A stretch of 64,000 bases of DNA from contig CM059432.1 of assembly GCA_030390025.1 (NCBI GenBank), forward strand, positions 91,762,001-91,826,000. Reading direction: 5' to 3'. Shown in pieces: positions 63,719-64,000 of the stretch. Source of the stretch: Squalus acanthias. Lineage: Eukaryota. Made by a program: the position numbers and the translations under genes. Under the pieces are notes generated by a model. The model searched no databases, was not told the origin of the DNA, and was given only the letters and a program-made list of their open reading frames with translations. Positions within the stretch are counted from its first letter, which is position 1. The number at the start of each line of letters is the position of its first letter.

Positions 63719-64000
63719 CATTTTTTTTAATGAAGATTGAAAAACTAGGGCATCTTCATTGAGCTATGAAATCTGGACATTAGTGGCATCTGCAACACTC
63801 GTATTTGGAAATAATGTGAAAGTAATTTTAAAATGTCTGATTAGAATATGTGCTATTATAGTAAATTGTCTAATTGTGCTGTTTATAATTCTGTATATCT
63901 TCAATGACAGAATTTGCAGTATGTAAATGTTGTAAATACTATTGTTTTAAGAAATCATTGTTGCAGCCAACTACAATGCATCTTTTCAGCAAAACTAGTG

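Overview
This is eukaryotic, repeat-dense DNA, most likely from a cartilaginous fish (shark-like), judging by its repeat repertoire: CR1 LINEs with (AAGAACAT)n/(TATGATTC)n tails, a Deu-domain SINE, PIF/Harbinger DNA transposons and Penelope-type termini. The only host gene I can support is the 5' part of ZC2HC1A (C2HC zinc finger) on the + strand. It has a CpG-rich promoter near 48.7-49.0 kb and three coding exons (49014-49038, 58819-58886, 60938-61054) that splice in frame. Nearly everything else is nested transposable elements. These include one structurally complete but mutated two-gene Harbinger (24848-29124), at least four more Harbinger copies sharing a 3-exon Myb/SANT gene, many Harbinger MITEs with 3-bp TSDs, and two solo LTRs with TSDs plus one probable long LTR. 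There is also a near-full-length single-ORF LINE with SINE-like deletion derivatives, an LF-SINE-like relic and a Helitron-like head-to-tail array. Most short ORFs in the supplied track are TE fragments or antisense noise. Family names come from my recognition of motifs, not from database searches. I found no clearly new biological system. The best leads are a phase-compatible Harbinger exon in ZC2HC1A intron 1, the LINE/SINE deletion series and the Helitron-like array.
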